A DNA stretch of 51,446 bases from an uncultured Desulfarculaceae bacterium (GCA_937908275.1 CALERA010000017.1:1-51446), one strand, 5' to 3'. Shown: positions 11,019 through 21,704, numbered from the stretch's first letter. Notes: generated by a model not told the origin, from the letters alone. Numbers and translations: made by a program.

Positions 11019-12335
11019 TCAGCGGGCCTTTGGCCGGCGCAGCACGACGTGCTCCATGGCCAGGGCCAGCAGGAGGCCCATCACGAAGCCGTTGCCCAGC
11101 AAGGGCCGCAGCAGGGGGTGCAGGGCCGCGCGGGCGCTGTCGGGCATGAAGCTGACCACCAAGGCCCCCATCAGGCCCATGCCCACCACCAGGCCGTCGG
11201 CCCAGTCGGGCTTCTCACCCTCGCTATACATCAACAACAGCGCGGCGTAGACCGTATTGGCGGTCAGGGCCAGGAGCACCGCCCCCACCACCGGGGCCGG
11301 CATCAGCCCCACCCAGGCCAGGCCGCCGGGCCACAGGGCCAGGGCCACCAGGGCCAGGGCGGCCGGAACCAGGGTGTAGCGGCTGGCGCTCTGGCTGGTG
11401 ATCAGCACCCCGGGGCTGAGGGAGTAGGTGACCGGACCCGGCACCCCCCACAGCCCGGACAAGAGCCCGCCCAGGCCGGAGACCAGCACCGCCCGGTCCG
11501 GCCGGCGGCCCAGCTCGCCCAGGCCCACCATGGGACCCAGGGCCTCCACGCTGGCCAGCTCGTTGGCGATCAGGGCCAGGTAACACAGGCAGAAGGAGGC
11601 CAGCACCCCCCAGTCCAGGGCCAGGGGCGCCGGCAACAGGTTGGCCAGGTCCAGGCCGGCGCCGGCGGTCTGGCCCAGGCCGGGCCAGGGACCCAGACCC
11701 AGGAGGTGATAGACCGCCGAGCCCAGGACCAGGCCGAAGAGCAGCAGGGCCGAGCCCAACAGGCCCTTGATCCGGCTCTGGGCCCAGAAGATCAGGGCCG
11801 CCAGGCCCAGGGCGTAGAGGAACGGCCCGCCGAAGCTCCGGCCGGCGGTGTGGGGATCGAAGAGCAGGTCGCGCAGGGTGGGACCCAGGCTGATGGCGAT
11901 CAGGAGCAGGGTGGCGGCCAGCACCGGCGGGGTGTAGAGCCGGCCCAGGCGGCGGGCCAGGCCCAAGGCCCCCACCAGGGCGGTGAGCACCCCGCCCAGG
12001 GCCAGGGCCCCGAACACCGCGGCCTGGCCCGAGCCCAGGGTGGCCAGCATGCCCACCATCAGCACCGTGGCCGGCCCCACCAGGCCGGGCAGGCGGTGGC
12101 CCCAGAGCACCTGGCCCAACTGCACCAGGCCGCCCATCAACAGCAGGCGCTGGAGAAAAGCCACCCGCTCGGCCGGCCCCAGGCCCAGGGCGGCGACCAC
12201 CACCTCGCCCAGGACCAGCAGCCCGGGCAGCAACACCACCAACCATTGCAGGGCCAGCAAACCGCTGGCCAGGGGCGGCGGCCAGGCGTCCAGGGGATAG
12301 CGGAGCTTCAGTTCGTGGAAGTCGGGCTGCGGCAT
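11019..12335 (-). CDS. Xanthine/uracil (NCS2) family permease, divergent
   Basis: Highly hydrophobic. Contains ALQW, Q..WGHRLP..GP, PVVGAVL and LGNG, typical of NCS2. Confidence 0.8.
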   Translation of the reverse strand: MPQPDFHELKLRYPLDAWPPPLASGLLALQWLVVLLPGLLVLGEVVVAALGLGPAERVAFLQRLLLMGGLVQLGQVLWGHRLPGLVGPATVLMVGMLATLGSGQAAVFGALALGGVLTALVGALGLARRLGRLYTPPVLAATLLLIAISLGPTLRDLLFDPHTAGRSFGGPFLYALGLAALIFWAQSRIKGLLGSALLLFGLVLGSAVYHLLGLGPWPGLGQTAGAGLDLANLLPAPLALDWGVLASFCLCYLALIANELASVEALGPMVGLGELGRRPDRAVLVSGLGGLLSGLWGVPGPVTYSLSPGVLITSQSASRYTLVPAALALVALALWPGGLAWVGLMPAPVVGAVLLALTANTVYAALLLMYSEGEKPDWADGLVVGMGLMGALVVSFMPDSARAALHPLLRPLLGNGFVMGLLLALAMEHVVLRRPKAR

Positions 12336-12394
12336 GGAGCCATTATGCCGGGCCGGGCCGCGAAACGCCAGCCTGGCCGGCGCGCGGCCCCGGC

Positions 12395-13099
12395 TCAGGC
12401 CACGGCCGCGGCGGGCAGCACCAAGGTCCGGCCCTGGCGCAGGACCCGGCCGGATTGCTGCAGCTCCTTCATGGCCCGGGTGATGCTGACCCGATGGGCC
12501 CCCACCAGGAAGCTCAGGTCCTCGTGGGTCAGGGGCATGTCCAGCACCAGGCCCTGGCGGCCCTGGGCCCCGTGCTCCTGGGCCACGTTGACCAGCACCC
12601 GGTAGAGGCGCTCCTCCAGGTGGGTGTGGCTCATGCTGCCCACCCGGCTGGTGAGCCAGTCGATGCGGCGGCTGAGGTTCTTGATCACCTGCAGGCCGAT
12701 GCCGGGGTGCTCCAGGACCAGCTTCTCGAAGCCGGCCTTGGTGAAGCCGCAGGTCAGGGTGTCCTCCAGGCAGTGGGCCGAGAGGGGGAACTCGCTGTCT
12801 TCATTGAGCATGTTCTCGCCCAGGAAATCGCCGGCCTTGCGGATGTCCAGGGTGATCTCCTGGCCGTCCTCGCTGATCTTGGACAGCTTCACCCGACCGG
12901 CCTTGATCAGGAACATGCGAATGGCGGGCTGGCCCTGGAGGAAGATGGCCTCGCCCCGGGCGAAGCGCCGCCGGGCGGCCGAGCCGGCCAGGGCCTCCAG
13001 CTCCGGGGGCTGGAGGTCGGCGAAGACCCAGAGGTTGCCGATGCAGGCGGGGCTGACTTCCACCCCTTCGCCGGCCATCTGTTGGCAGATGCAGCTCAT
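12395..13099 (-). CDS. CRP/FNR family transcriptional regulator with Cys-rich N-terminus
   Basis: cNMP-fold (IFLQGQ, GRVKL, GDFLGE) and HTH LTHEDLSFLVGAHRVSITR. Start MSCIC follows a purine-rich RBS. Confidence 0.92.
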   Translation of the reverse strand: MSCICQQMAGEGVEVSPACIGNLWVFADLQPPELEALAGSAARRRFARGEAIFLQGQPAIRMFLIKAGRVKLSKISEDGQEITLDIRKAGDFLGENMLNEDSEFPLSAHCLEDTLTCGFTKAGFEKLVLEHPGIGLQVIKNLSRRIDWLTSRVGSMSHTHLEERLYRVLVNVAQEHGAQGRQGLVLDMPLTHEDLSFLVGAHRVSITRAMKELQQSGRVLRQGRTLVLPAAAVA

Positions 13100-13146
13100 T
13101 TCCTTTTTCCCTCCCGGTTCGCGCTTGGTCTCGCGCGCGGCGAGGT

Positions 13147-13791
13147 TCAGGCCTTGGCCCCCAGGCGGGCGGCCAGCTCCCGGCCCAGGGCCTGGGCCTC
13201 GGCCCAGACCGGCTGATCCTCGGCCCGGGTGAAGCGCTCCGGCCGCACCCGGACGTCCTGGCCCCAGATCTTGGGCAGGGCGCTGAGGGTGCAGGTCTCG
13301 CCATGGCCGCAGGTCATGCACTTGGGGTTGCCGGTGACCTGGAGCCGCCCCAGGACCTCCATGCCCTCGCGGCCCATGGCGTGGGCGATCTGCTCCACCG
13401 CCCGGTCCACCCCTGGCAGGCCCCGGCCGTTGCCGGTGGCCACCGCCACCGCCAGCTTGCCCCGGTTGAGCCCGCGCACGTGGCGCAGGCTGAACAACCG
13501 CTCCAGGAAGGCCTTGGCGTAGGCGTCCATGGAGCCATAGGGCGAATAGGCGCCCACCACCAAGGCCCCGGCCTGCTTGACCTTTTCGGCAAGGTCCGGG
13601 AAGTCGTCCCGCAGCTTGCAGAGGTTGTCGTCCCGGCAGCCCAGACAGGCGCGGCAGGGGCGGACGTTGATATCGCTGAGCTTGACGAACTCGGTGGCGA
13701 GCCCGCTGGCCTCCAGGACCGCCTGCACCACCCGGTCGGTGTTGCTGTTCTTGACGGGGCTGCCGGAGATGCCCAAGACCTGTGGCTGCAT
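13147..13791 (-). CDS. Iron-sulfur flavoprotein / NADPH-dependent FMN reductase family protein, paralog 1
   Basis: GISGSP..NSNT, CX2CX2CX5C (CRACLGCRDDNLC), KAFLER and an extra CMTC..C motif. GGAGG RBS before ATG at 13791. Confidence 0.88.
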   Translation of the reverse strand: MQPQVLGISGSPVKNSNTDRVVQAVLEASGLATEFVKLSDINVRPCRACLGCRDDNLCKLRDDFPDLAEKVKQAGALVVGAYSPYGSMDAYAKAFLERLFSLRHVRGLNRGKLAVAVATGNGRGLPGVDRAVEQIAHAMGREGMEVLGRLQVTGNPKCMTCGHGETCTLSALPKIWGQDVRVRPERFTRAEDQPVWAEAQALGRELAARLGAKA

Positions 13792-13829
13792 TGGCTGACC
13801 CTCCTGCCGGGGTTGGGATGATGCCCCCC

Positions 13830-13872
13830 AGTCTACCGCCTGGCGGGCGCGCGGTCGGTAGCGCGGGCTACA
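13830..13872 (-). promoter_or_regulatory. CRP/FNR-type operator GTA-N8-TAC with a -10 box 22 nt downstream
   Basis: The 19-mer gtcggtagcgcgggctaca (13854-13872) is identical to 14631-14649. Minus-strand TAGACT at 13835-13830. Confidence 0.75.
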
Positions 13873-13914
13873 GAGCAAGGAAATCGCCCAGATGGCTCCG
13901 GCAGCCCCGTTGGC

Positions 13915-14571
13915 TTACATGGCCAGTTGCTGGCGCAGGCGCGCGGTCAGCTCCCGACCCAGGGCCTGGGCCTGGCCCCAGACCGGTTGGGCCTCGGCCT
14001 GGCTGAAGCGTTCGGGGGTGACTCTGGTGTCGTCGCCAAAGACCCAGGGCAGGGCGCTCATGGGGCAGTCCTGGCCAAAGCCGCAGACCATGCACTCCGG
14101 GTTGCCGCTGACCTTGATCTGTCCCAAGACCTCCATGCCCTCCATGCTCAGGGCGGTGGTCATCTGCTCGGCGGCCTGGTCCAGGCCCGGGATGCCCCGG
14201 CCGATGCCAGTGGCCACCACCACCGCCAATTTGCCCCGGTTGAGCCCGTTTTTGTGGCGCAGGCTGAACAGGCGCTCCAGGAAGGACTTGGTGAAGCCGT
14301 CCACCGCGGCGTAGGGGCTGTAGCCGCCCAGGACGATGGCCCCGGCCCGGCGCACCTTCTCGGCCAGGGCCGGGAAGTCGTCCTTGACCTTGCAGAGGTT
14401 GTCGGACTTGCAGCCCAGACAGGCGATGCAGGGTCGCACGTTGAGTTGGCTGAGCTTGACGAACTCGGTGGCGAGCCCGCTGGCGGCCAGGACCTCCTTA
14501 ACCACCCGGTCGGTGTTGCTGTTCTTGATGGGACTGCCGGAAATGCCCAGGATTTGCGCGCTCATGAACAA
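13915..14571 (-). CDS. Iron-sulfur flavoprotein / NADPH-dependent FMN reductase family protein, paralog 2
   Basis: GISGSPIKNSNT, CIACLGCKSDNLC and CMVC..C. Clearly similar to the neighbouring paralog. Confidence 0.88.
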   Translation of the reverse strand: MFMSAQILGISGSPIKNSNTDRVVKEVLAASGLATEFVKLSQLNVRPCIACLGCKSDNLCKVKDDFPALAEKVRRAGAIVLGGYSPYAAVDGFTKSFLERLFSLRHKNGLNRGKLAVVVATGIGRGIPGLDQAAEQMTTALSMEGMEVLGQIKVSGNPECMVCGFGQDCPMSALPWVFGDDTRVTPERFSQAEAQPVWGQAQALGRELTARLRQQLAM

Positions 14572-14606
14572 TTTCTCCCGATTTGGTTGGTGGGAATTTA
14601 ACCCCT

Positions 14607-14649
14607 ATGATGACGGTCGGGAGAAGGGTTGTCGGTAGCGCGGGCTACA
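14607..14649 (-). promoter_or_regulatory. Second copy of the GTA-N8-TAC operator with a weak -10 (CATCAT) at the same spacing
   Basis: Identical 19-mer at 14631-14649 with a 22-nt spacer to CATCAT. Confidence 0.7.
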
Positions 14650-14669
14650 AGGCGGCGGGCCGGGAGACG

Positions 14670-14699
14670 AAAAACGGGCGGGGGAGAGCCCCCGCCCGC
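14670..14699 (-). terminator. Intrinsic terminator after the DCCP gene
   Basis: Hairpin cgggcggggg/cccccgcccg with a T-run on the minus strand. Confidence 0.7.
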
Positions 14700-14719
14700 T
14701 GGCGCTGGGTCTGGCTGGT

Positions 14720-15997
14720 TCAGCCCAGCATCTCCAGGAAGGCCTCGATACGGGTCTTGAGCTGGCCGGCGTCCTCGGCGCCATAGTCGGTCTCCAGGCG
14801 CAGGGTGGGGATGCCGTCGTTTTTAAGGCCGCGCTCCATGGGGATGGCCTCCATCTGGTAGGGCTGGCAGAACTGGAGGCTGTAGTGGATCACGCCCTGG
14901 GCGTTATAGGCCGTGGCCATCTCGCGCACGTGGCGGGGACGGTCGGGGTTGGGGGTGAAGACCGCGCAGTCGATGTCGAAATAGCGGTCCACGATGGCGT
15001 CCAGCAGGCCCTCGACGCTCTCGGCCGAGTCGTCCACGCTGTTGCGCAGGCCGCGCTCGCCCACGCAGGACTCCTCGCCCACGATCACCGCGCCGCTGGT
15101 CTCCAGGATCCAGGGCACCTTCCAGTTGGGCACCGCCATGGGGCAGCCGGAGAGCAGCACCCGCTTGGCGCCCTGGGGGAAGACCCCCTGCTCCTGGGCC
15201 ACCCGCTGCTCCAGCTCGTCGCAGATGCGGTTGACCGAGTCGGTGAAGCGGATGGGGTTGTCGTAGAAGGAGACCTGGTTGATCAGCAGGGCGTCCAGGC
15301 CGGAGATCGGGGCCGGGTCCTTGGCCCGCAGGGCGTTGAGGCGGGCCAGGGCCTTGCGCTTGGCGTTGACGGTCTGGATGCCCTTCTTCAGGCTGGCGGC
15401 GGTGATCTTGCGGCCGCTCAGCTCTTCCATCTTGTTGAAGAAGCGCTGGTATTCGGCCTTGAGCAGCGCCCGGCCCTGCTCGGTCTTCATCTGGGGCAGG
15501 TCCATCACGTAGACCTTGGGCACCAGGTCGCCCATGGTCTCGTAGGCCTTCTTCTTGCCGTCGCAGGTGTTCTCGCCCACGATCAGGTCGGCGCTCTCCA
15601 GGTAGGGGCAGACCTGGCCCAGCTTGAAGCCCAGGGCGCTCTTGATCAGGGCGCAGGTGTTGCGGGGCAGGTATTTCTCCACCTCCTCCAGCGCGAAGTC
15701 CGCCCCGGAGCAGAGGCCCACCAGGACCCCGTCCACCGCCAGGACAACCTCCTCGGGCACGAAGACGCAGAAGGAGCCGATGACCTTGCGTCCCTCGGCC
15801 TGGGCGTCCAGGAGCTCCTTGATGCGCAGGCCGTGAACCTGGCTGACCACGAAGTTGAAATACTCCATGCCCTGGGGCCGGTTCTCCTGGCTCAGGAAGA
15901 CGTCCTTGTAGCCCTGGCCCAGGACCGACAACAGGACGTCGTGGGACTCCAGGTTCAGGCCCAGGTCCCGCCACATCTGGCGGTATTCATCACTCAT
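14720..15997 (-). CDS. Double-cubane-cluster protein (DCCP), 2-hydroxyacyl-CoA dehydratase superfamily
   Basis: N-terminus W.DLGLNLE.HD, NRP.GM.YF and HGLRIKEL, plus Cys motifs FCVFVPEE, GLC, NTCALIK, CPY, TCDGKK, GCP, ESC, DCA and FC. Matches DCCP as I recall it. Confidence 0.85.
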   Translation of the reverse strand: MSDEYRQMWRDLGLNLESHDVLLSVLGQGYKDVFLSQENRPQGMEYFNFVVSQVHGLRIKELLDAQAEGRKVIGSFCVFVPEEVVLAVDGVLVGLCSGADFALEEVEKYLPRNTCALIKSALGFKLGQVCPYLESADLIVGENTCDGKKKAYETMGDLVPKVYVMDLPQMKTEQGRALLKAEYQRFFNKMEELSGRKITAASLKKGIQTVNAKRKALARLNALRAKDPAPISGLDALLINQVSFYDNPIRFTDSVNRICDELEQRVAQEQGVFPQGAKRVLLSGCPMAVPNWKVPWILETSGAVIVGEESCVGERGLRNSVDDSAESVEGLLDAIVDRYFDIDCAVFTPNPDRPRHVREMATAYNAQGVIHYSLQFCQPYQMEAIPMERGLKNDGIPTLRLETDYGAEDAGQLKTRIEAFLEMLG

Positions 15998-16240
15998 GGC
16001 TTGCTCCTCTATGGGAAGGTTTGGCGGCGGTCGGACCGGAGCCGGTGCGGGCCCGGGCGCGGACCGGGAGCCGGCGGGGCCGGCGAGGCGATATTGGATT
16101 ATTGGCCAAGGATATCGCTAGGCTACCGGGAAGAAAAATAGATAGTCTCGATAGCGCAGGCAGTAATCAATCGGAAAACGTGAAGCCAGAGCGAGGTATG
16201 CCCCGGGCTTGGGGGGATGGCTGGGCGCTGGACCGGGGAC

Positions 16241-17914
<1,674 letters not shown>

Positions 17915-17954
17915 GGCCTAGGCCCCGGGCCGCGCGGGCTGGTGGGCGGCGCGG

Positions 17955-19322
17955 CTATTCGGGAATGTCATCGTAGGACAGATCCTCGAATTTGGTCAGT
18001 TCGTCCACAAAGGCCAGCTTGACGATGCCGGTGGGGCCGTTGCGCTGTTTGCCGATGATGATCTCGGCCACGTTGTCGTCCGGCTCCTCGGGGTCGGTGC
18101 GCTTCTTGTAGGCCTTCTTGCGGTAGATGAACATGATCACGTCGGCGTCCTGCTCGATGGCCCCAGACTCGCGCAGGTCGGCCAGCATGGGGCGCTTGTC
18201 CCCCGGTCGGTCCTCGACCTTGCGGTTGAGCTGGGACAGGGCCACCACCGGCAGGTTGAGCTCCTTGGCCAGGGCCTTGAGGCTGCGGCTGATGTCGCTG
18301 ATCTCCTGCTCCCGGCTGTCAACGCCCGGCCGGCCGCGCATGAGCTGGAGATAGTCCACCAGGATCAGGCCCAGGCCCTTCTCGTTCTGCAGACGCCGGG
18401 CCTTGGCCCGCATCTCCAGCACCGAGATGGCCGGGGTGTCGTCGATGTAGATCGGGGCGGCGAAGAGGCGGTCGGCCCCGCTGGTCAGGGCGCCGAAGTC
18501 CTGGGGGTTCAGGAAGCCGCTGCGCATCTTGGCGCCGGAGACCCGGGCCTCGGCCGACAGCAGGCGCAGGCCCAGCTGCTCCTTGCTCATCTCCAGGCTG
18601 AAGACCGCAACTCCCACCTCGGTCTGCAGGGCGGCGTTGGCGGCCATGTTCAGCGCGAAGGCGGTCTTGCCCATGGAGGGGCGGCCGGCCACGATCACCA
18701 GGTCGCCGGCCTGGAGGCCGTTGGTGATCTGGTCCAGCATCTTGAAGCCGGTGGAGACTCCGCCGATGAGGCCCTTGTTCTTGAAGCGCAGCTCCAGGAG
18801 CTTCAGGGAGCCCTTGACGATCTCGCCCAGGGGCGCGAAGCCGGTGAGGCGGCGGGACTGGGTGGCGGCGAAGATGACCCGCTCGGCCTCTTCCAGCGCC
18901 ATTTCGGGATCGGTCTGGTGGGAATAGGCGGATTCGATGGCCTGGTGACCGGCCTCGATGAACTGGCGCAACAGCGCCTTGTCGGCCACCAGTTGGGCGT
19001 AGTGGTCCACATGGGCCGGGCTCAGGACCACGTCCGTGAGCTGGGCCAGGAAGGCGGCCCCGCCGGCCGCCTCCAGGCGGCCCTCGTCGGCCAGGCGGCT
19101 CATGACCGTGATCTCGTCCACCGGCTGGCCCTTGTCGTACAGGGCCAGCATGGCGGCATAGATCAGGCCGTGGCGGCGGTCGTAGAACTGCTGGGGCGCG
19201 AGGGTGGCGGCGATGCCGGAGAGGACCTCCGCGCCGTGGGCCAATACGCCCCCCAGGACCCCCTGCTCGGCGGCCAGGTCCTGGGGGGGAAGGCGACGGG
19301 GGCCAACGCCGGCGTCACTCAC
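17955..19322 (-). CDS. dnaB: Replicative DNA helicase
   Basis: Motifs GRPSMGKT, FSLEM, DYLQLM, LSQLNR, DLRESGAIEQDAD and KQRNGP. Confidence 0.98.
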   Translation of the reverse strand: MSDAGVGPRRLPPQDLAAEQGVLGGVLAHGAEVLSGIAATLAPQQFYDRRHGLIYAAMLALYDKGQPVDEITVMSRLADEGRLEAAGGAAFLAQLTDVVLSPAHVDHYAQLVADKALLRQFIEAGHQAIESAYSHQTDPEMALEEAERVIFAATQSRRLTGFAPLGEIVKGSLKLLELRFKNKGLIGGVSTGFKMLDQITNGLQAGDLVIVAGRPSMGKTAFALNMAANAALQTEVGVAVFSLEMSKEQLGLRLLSAEARVSGAKMRSGFLNPQDFGALTSGADRLFAAPIYIDDTPAISVLEMRAKARRLQNEKGLGLILVDYLQLMRGRPGVDSREQEISDISRSLKALAKELNLPVVALSQLNRKVEDRPGDKRPMLADLRESGAIEQDADVIMFIYRKKAYKKRTDPEEPDDNVAEIIIGKQRNGPTGIVKLAFVDELTKFEDLSYDDIPE

Positions 19323-19325
19323 GCC

Positions 19326-19829
19326 CTACTCCTGGGGCTCGGCCTCCGCCTCGACCGCGGGGGCTGCCGCCACCGGGGCGTCGGTGTTCTCCGGGGCCAC
19401 GGTCAGCTTGATATCCACCACCACCTGGGGATGCAGCTTCACCTTGATGGCGTAGTCGCCCAGGCGCTTGATGGGGGCCTCCAGCAGGATGCGGCGGCGG
19501 TCCACCTCGCGGCCGGCGTCGGCCAGGGCCTTGGCGATGTCCATGTTGGTCACCGAGCCGTAGAGCTTGCCGCCCTCGCCGGCCCGGGTGACGATGGTCA
19601 CCGCGATGTCCTTCAGCGCCGCCGCCTCGGCCGCCACGCGCTCGGCCTCCTTGGCCTGCAGGGCCAGGATGCGCTTGCGCTCGGCCTCCACCGCGGCCAT
19701 GTTCTTCTTGGTGGCCATCATGGCCATGCCCTGGGGGACCAGGTAGTTGCGAGCGTAGCCGTTTTTGACCTCGACTACCTCGCCCGGATCACCCAGGCCC
19801 AGCACTTCCTTGGTGAGGATGACCTTCAT
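19326..19829 (-). CDS. rplI: 50S ribosomal protein L9
   Basis: Motifs MKVIL, VKNGYARNYL, KLYGSVT and IKRLG. Confidence 0.98.
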   Translation of the reverse strand: MKVILTKEVLGLGDPGEVVEVKNGYARNYLVPQGMAMMATKKNMAAVEAERKRILALQAKEAERVAAEAAALKDIAVTIVTRAGEGGKLYGSVTNMDIAKALADAGREVDRRRILLEAPIKRLGDYAIKVKLHPQVVVDIKLTVAPENTDAPVAAAPAVEAEAEPQE

Positions 19830-19848
19830 GAATGCTCCTTCGCGCCAA

Positions 19849-20802
19849 TCAGGCCTGGGGTTTGCTCTCCAGACGCCTGAAATTGAACCATATGTCGAAT
19901 AACCCCGCCAGGGCCACCCCCACGGCCAGGAATGCCTCCACCACGATCAGCAGGTAGAGTCCGGCCCGCAGGAAACGGGGGGCGTTCTTTTTCTCGAACC
20001 AAAAGGCGATCACCGCCATGCCCTGGAAGAAGTAGATCACTCCCAGGATCACCAGCGAGTTCACCCCGGCCCAGTACGGGCCGCCTTCCGCCGCCCAGGT
20101 CACCGCCCCGGCCACGATCACCAGCCAGACCAGGGGCTCGGGCGAGCGCCAGTCGTTCAGGGGCTGACGCGTGGCCTCGGGCCGCCAGCGGGCCTCCAGG
20201 GCCCGGGTGATCAACTGGTTGGCCCAGGCCAGCAGCAGCGCTCCGCCGCCCAGGATGCCCGGGGCCAGGTGCAGCAGCCAGGAGCCGGCGCTGATCAGGA
20301 CCTGGCGGGCGTCGCCCAACTGCTCCGGGTCCACCCCGCCCTCGCCATAGAGCTTGAGGGCGGTGTCAACCTCGGTCTGCCAGTAGGCCTGCCAGGCCTG
20401 ACCGATCTCCTGCTCGCCGCCCAGGCTGCCGACCAGGGCCACCACCAACAGGGTGACCGCCCCGCCCAGGGCCGCCAGGCCCACCGCCCAGGAGTCGGGC
20501 AGGCGCCGGCTCCAGGACTCGCCCAGGACCAGGGCCAGGACCAGGTAGAACAGGTAGTAGACCCATCCCCCGCCCAGACCCAGGAACACCGTCAGCAGCC
20601 AGGCCCCCAACAGCGCCAGGCCCAGACCCATCCGGCCGGCGGCCGGTCCCTGGCCGCGGTAGAGCCAGGCCAGGGGGGCCGGGGTGGCGGCGCTGGCCAG
20701 GGCCCCCACCAGGGGCACCAGCCAGAGACCCATGAACAACAGGAGCGAGACGGCGGCGCAGCCCAGGGGCCACAACCAGCGGCCGAGGCCTGGCTGATCC
20801 AT
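19849..20802 (-). CDS. DUF2232 (YybS-like) membrane protein
   Basis: Multi-TM protein with YFFQG and GLFD.WFNFR. Sits in the conserved position between rpsR and rplI. Confidence 0.85.
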   Translation of the reverse strand: MDQPGLGRWLWPLGCAAVSLLLFMGLWLVPLVGALASAATPAPLAWLYRGQGPAAGRMGLGLALLGAWLLTVFLGLGGGWVYYLFYLVLALVLGESWSRRLPDSWAVGLAALGGAVTLLVVALVGSLGGEQEIGQAWQAYWQTEVDTALKLYGEGGVDPEQLGDARQVLISAGSWLLHLAPGILGGGALLLAWANQLITRALEARWRPEATRQPLNDWRSPEPLVWLVIVAGAVTWAAEGGPYWAGVNSLVILGVIYFFQGMAVIAFWFEKKNAPRFLRAGLYLLIVVEAFLAVGVALAGLFDIWFNFRRLESKPQA

Positions 20803-20830
20803 GGACGCCGTCCCGTCCGCCTCCGCTCGC

Positions 20831-21076
20831 CTAGACGTTGCCGCTGGCGGCGAAGGGCAGCAGGGCGATCTGCCGGGCCCGCTTGATGGCCTCGGTCAGC
20901 TCGCGCTGGTGCCGGGCGCAGCAACCGCTGATGCGCCGGGGGATGATCTTGCCCCGCTCGGTGGTGAAGTAGCGCAGGGTGCGGGGATCCTTGTAATCGA
21001 TGGTCAAGGAGGAGTCGGCGCAGAACCGGCAGACCTTGCGACGTCCAAAACCACGCTTTCTTCTGATACCAGGCAT
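20831..21076 (-). CDS. rpsR: 30S ribosomal protein S18 (Cys/Zn-type)
   Basis: Motifs [20 protein letters not shown] and AIKRAR. Confidence 0.98.
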   Translation of the reverse strand: MPGIRRKRGFGRRKVCRFCADSSLTIDYKDPRTLRYFTTERGKIIPRRISGCCARHQRELTEAIKRARQIALLPFAASGNV

Positions 21077-21085
21077 CTGGACCTC

Positions 21086-21544
21086 CTACTCCTCGTCCCC
21101 GTCTTCTTCGTCGTCATCCTCGTCGCGGCGGCGGCGGGGAGCCTCGTCCTCTTCGTCGTCGTCATCGTCGTCCTGGCCGGACTCGGCGCGGGCGGCGCGG
21201 GCGGCGGCCTTGGCCGCGGCCTCGGCCTCGGCCCGGGCGATGGCCTCGGCGTCGAACAGGTCGTCCTTCTTGACGGTCATGTAGCGGATGACGCGCTCAT
21301 CGATCTTGAAGATGCGCTCCATCTCGGCCACCGCCTCGGGCGTGGCGCCGTACTCGAACAGGACGTAGAAGCCCTTGTTGAACTTCTTGACCTCGTAGGC
21401 CAGGCGACGCCGGCCCCACTGGTCGACCTTGACCATGTTGGACCCGCGATCGGTGAGGATGGCGGAGAATTTCTCCACCACCGAGGCGGTTTCCTCCTCG
21501 GACAGGTCGGGATTGATGATGAACAGGGTTTCGTAATGGCGCAT
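21086..21544 (-). CDS. rpsF: 30S ribosomal protein S6 with long acidic tail
   Basis: Motifs MRHYE, WGRRRLAY and VIRY. Confidence 0.97.
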   Translation of the reverse strand: MRHYETLFIINPDLSEEETASVVEKFSAILTDRGSNMVKVDQWGRRRLAYEVKKFNKGFYVLFEYGATPEAVAEMERIFKIDERVIRYMTVKKDDLFDAEAIARAEAEAAAKAAARAARAESGQDDDDDDEEDEAPRRRRDEDDDEEDGDEE

Positions 21545-21704
21545 GCGGCCTCCCTCTGGTCTGACGTCCCCGGCGGTGATAAGCGCAACTGGCCGGAGAA
21601 AGGAGTATATATCGCAGTCGGGCTATGCCGCCCGGCTGACTGGGATTGAAGCTGATTGATTACCACCGGCCGCGGGGATTGTCAAGTGCCCGCCAACAGA
21701 AGGA

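Noticed and set aside
16088-16128. Third copy of the GTA-N8-TAC operator upstream of DCCP
   Set aside because: Only a GCTACCG half-site is present. The nearby GCGATAT/ATATCGC inverted repeat is too short to support a call.
21086-21180. Acidic repeat tail of S6 as a novel feature
   Set aside because: Acidic C-terminal extensions are common in S6 proteins.
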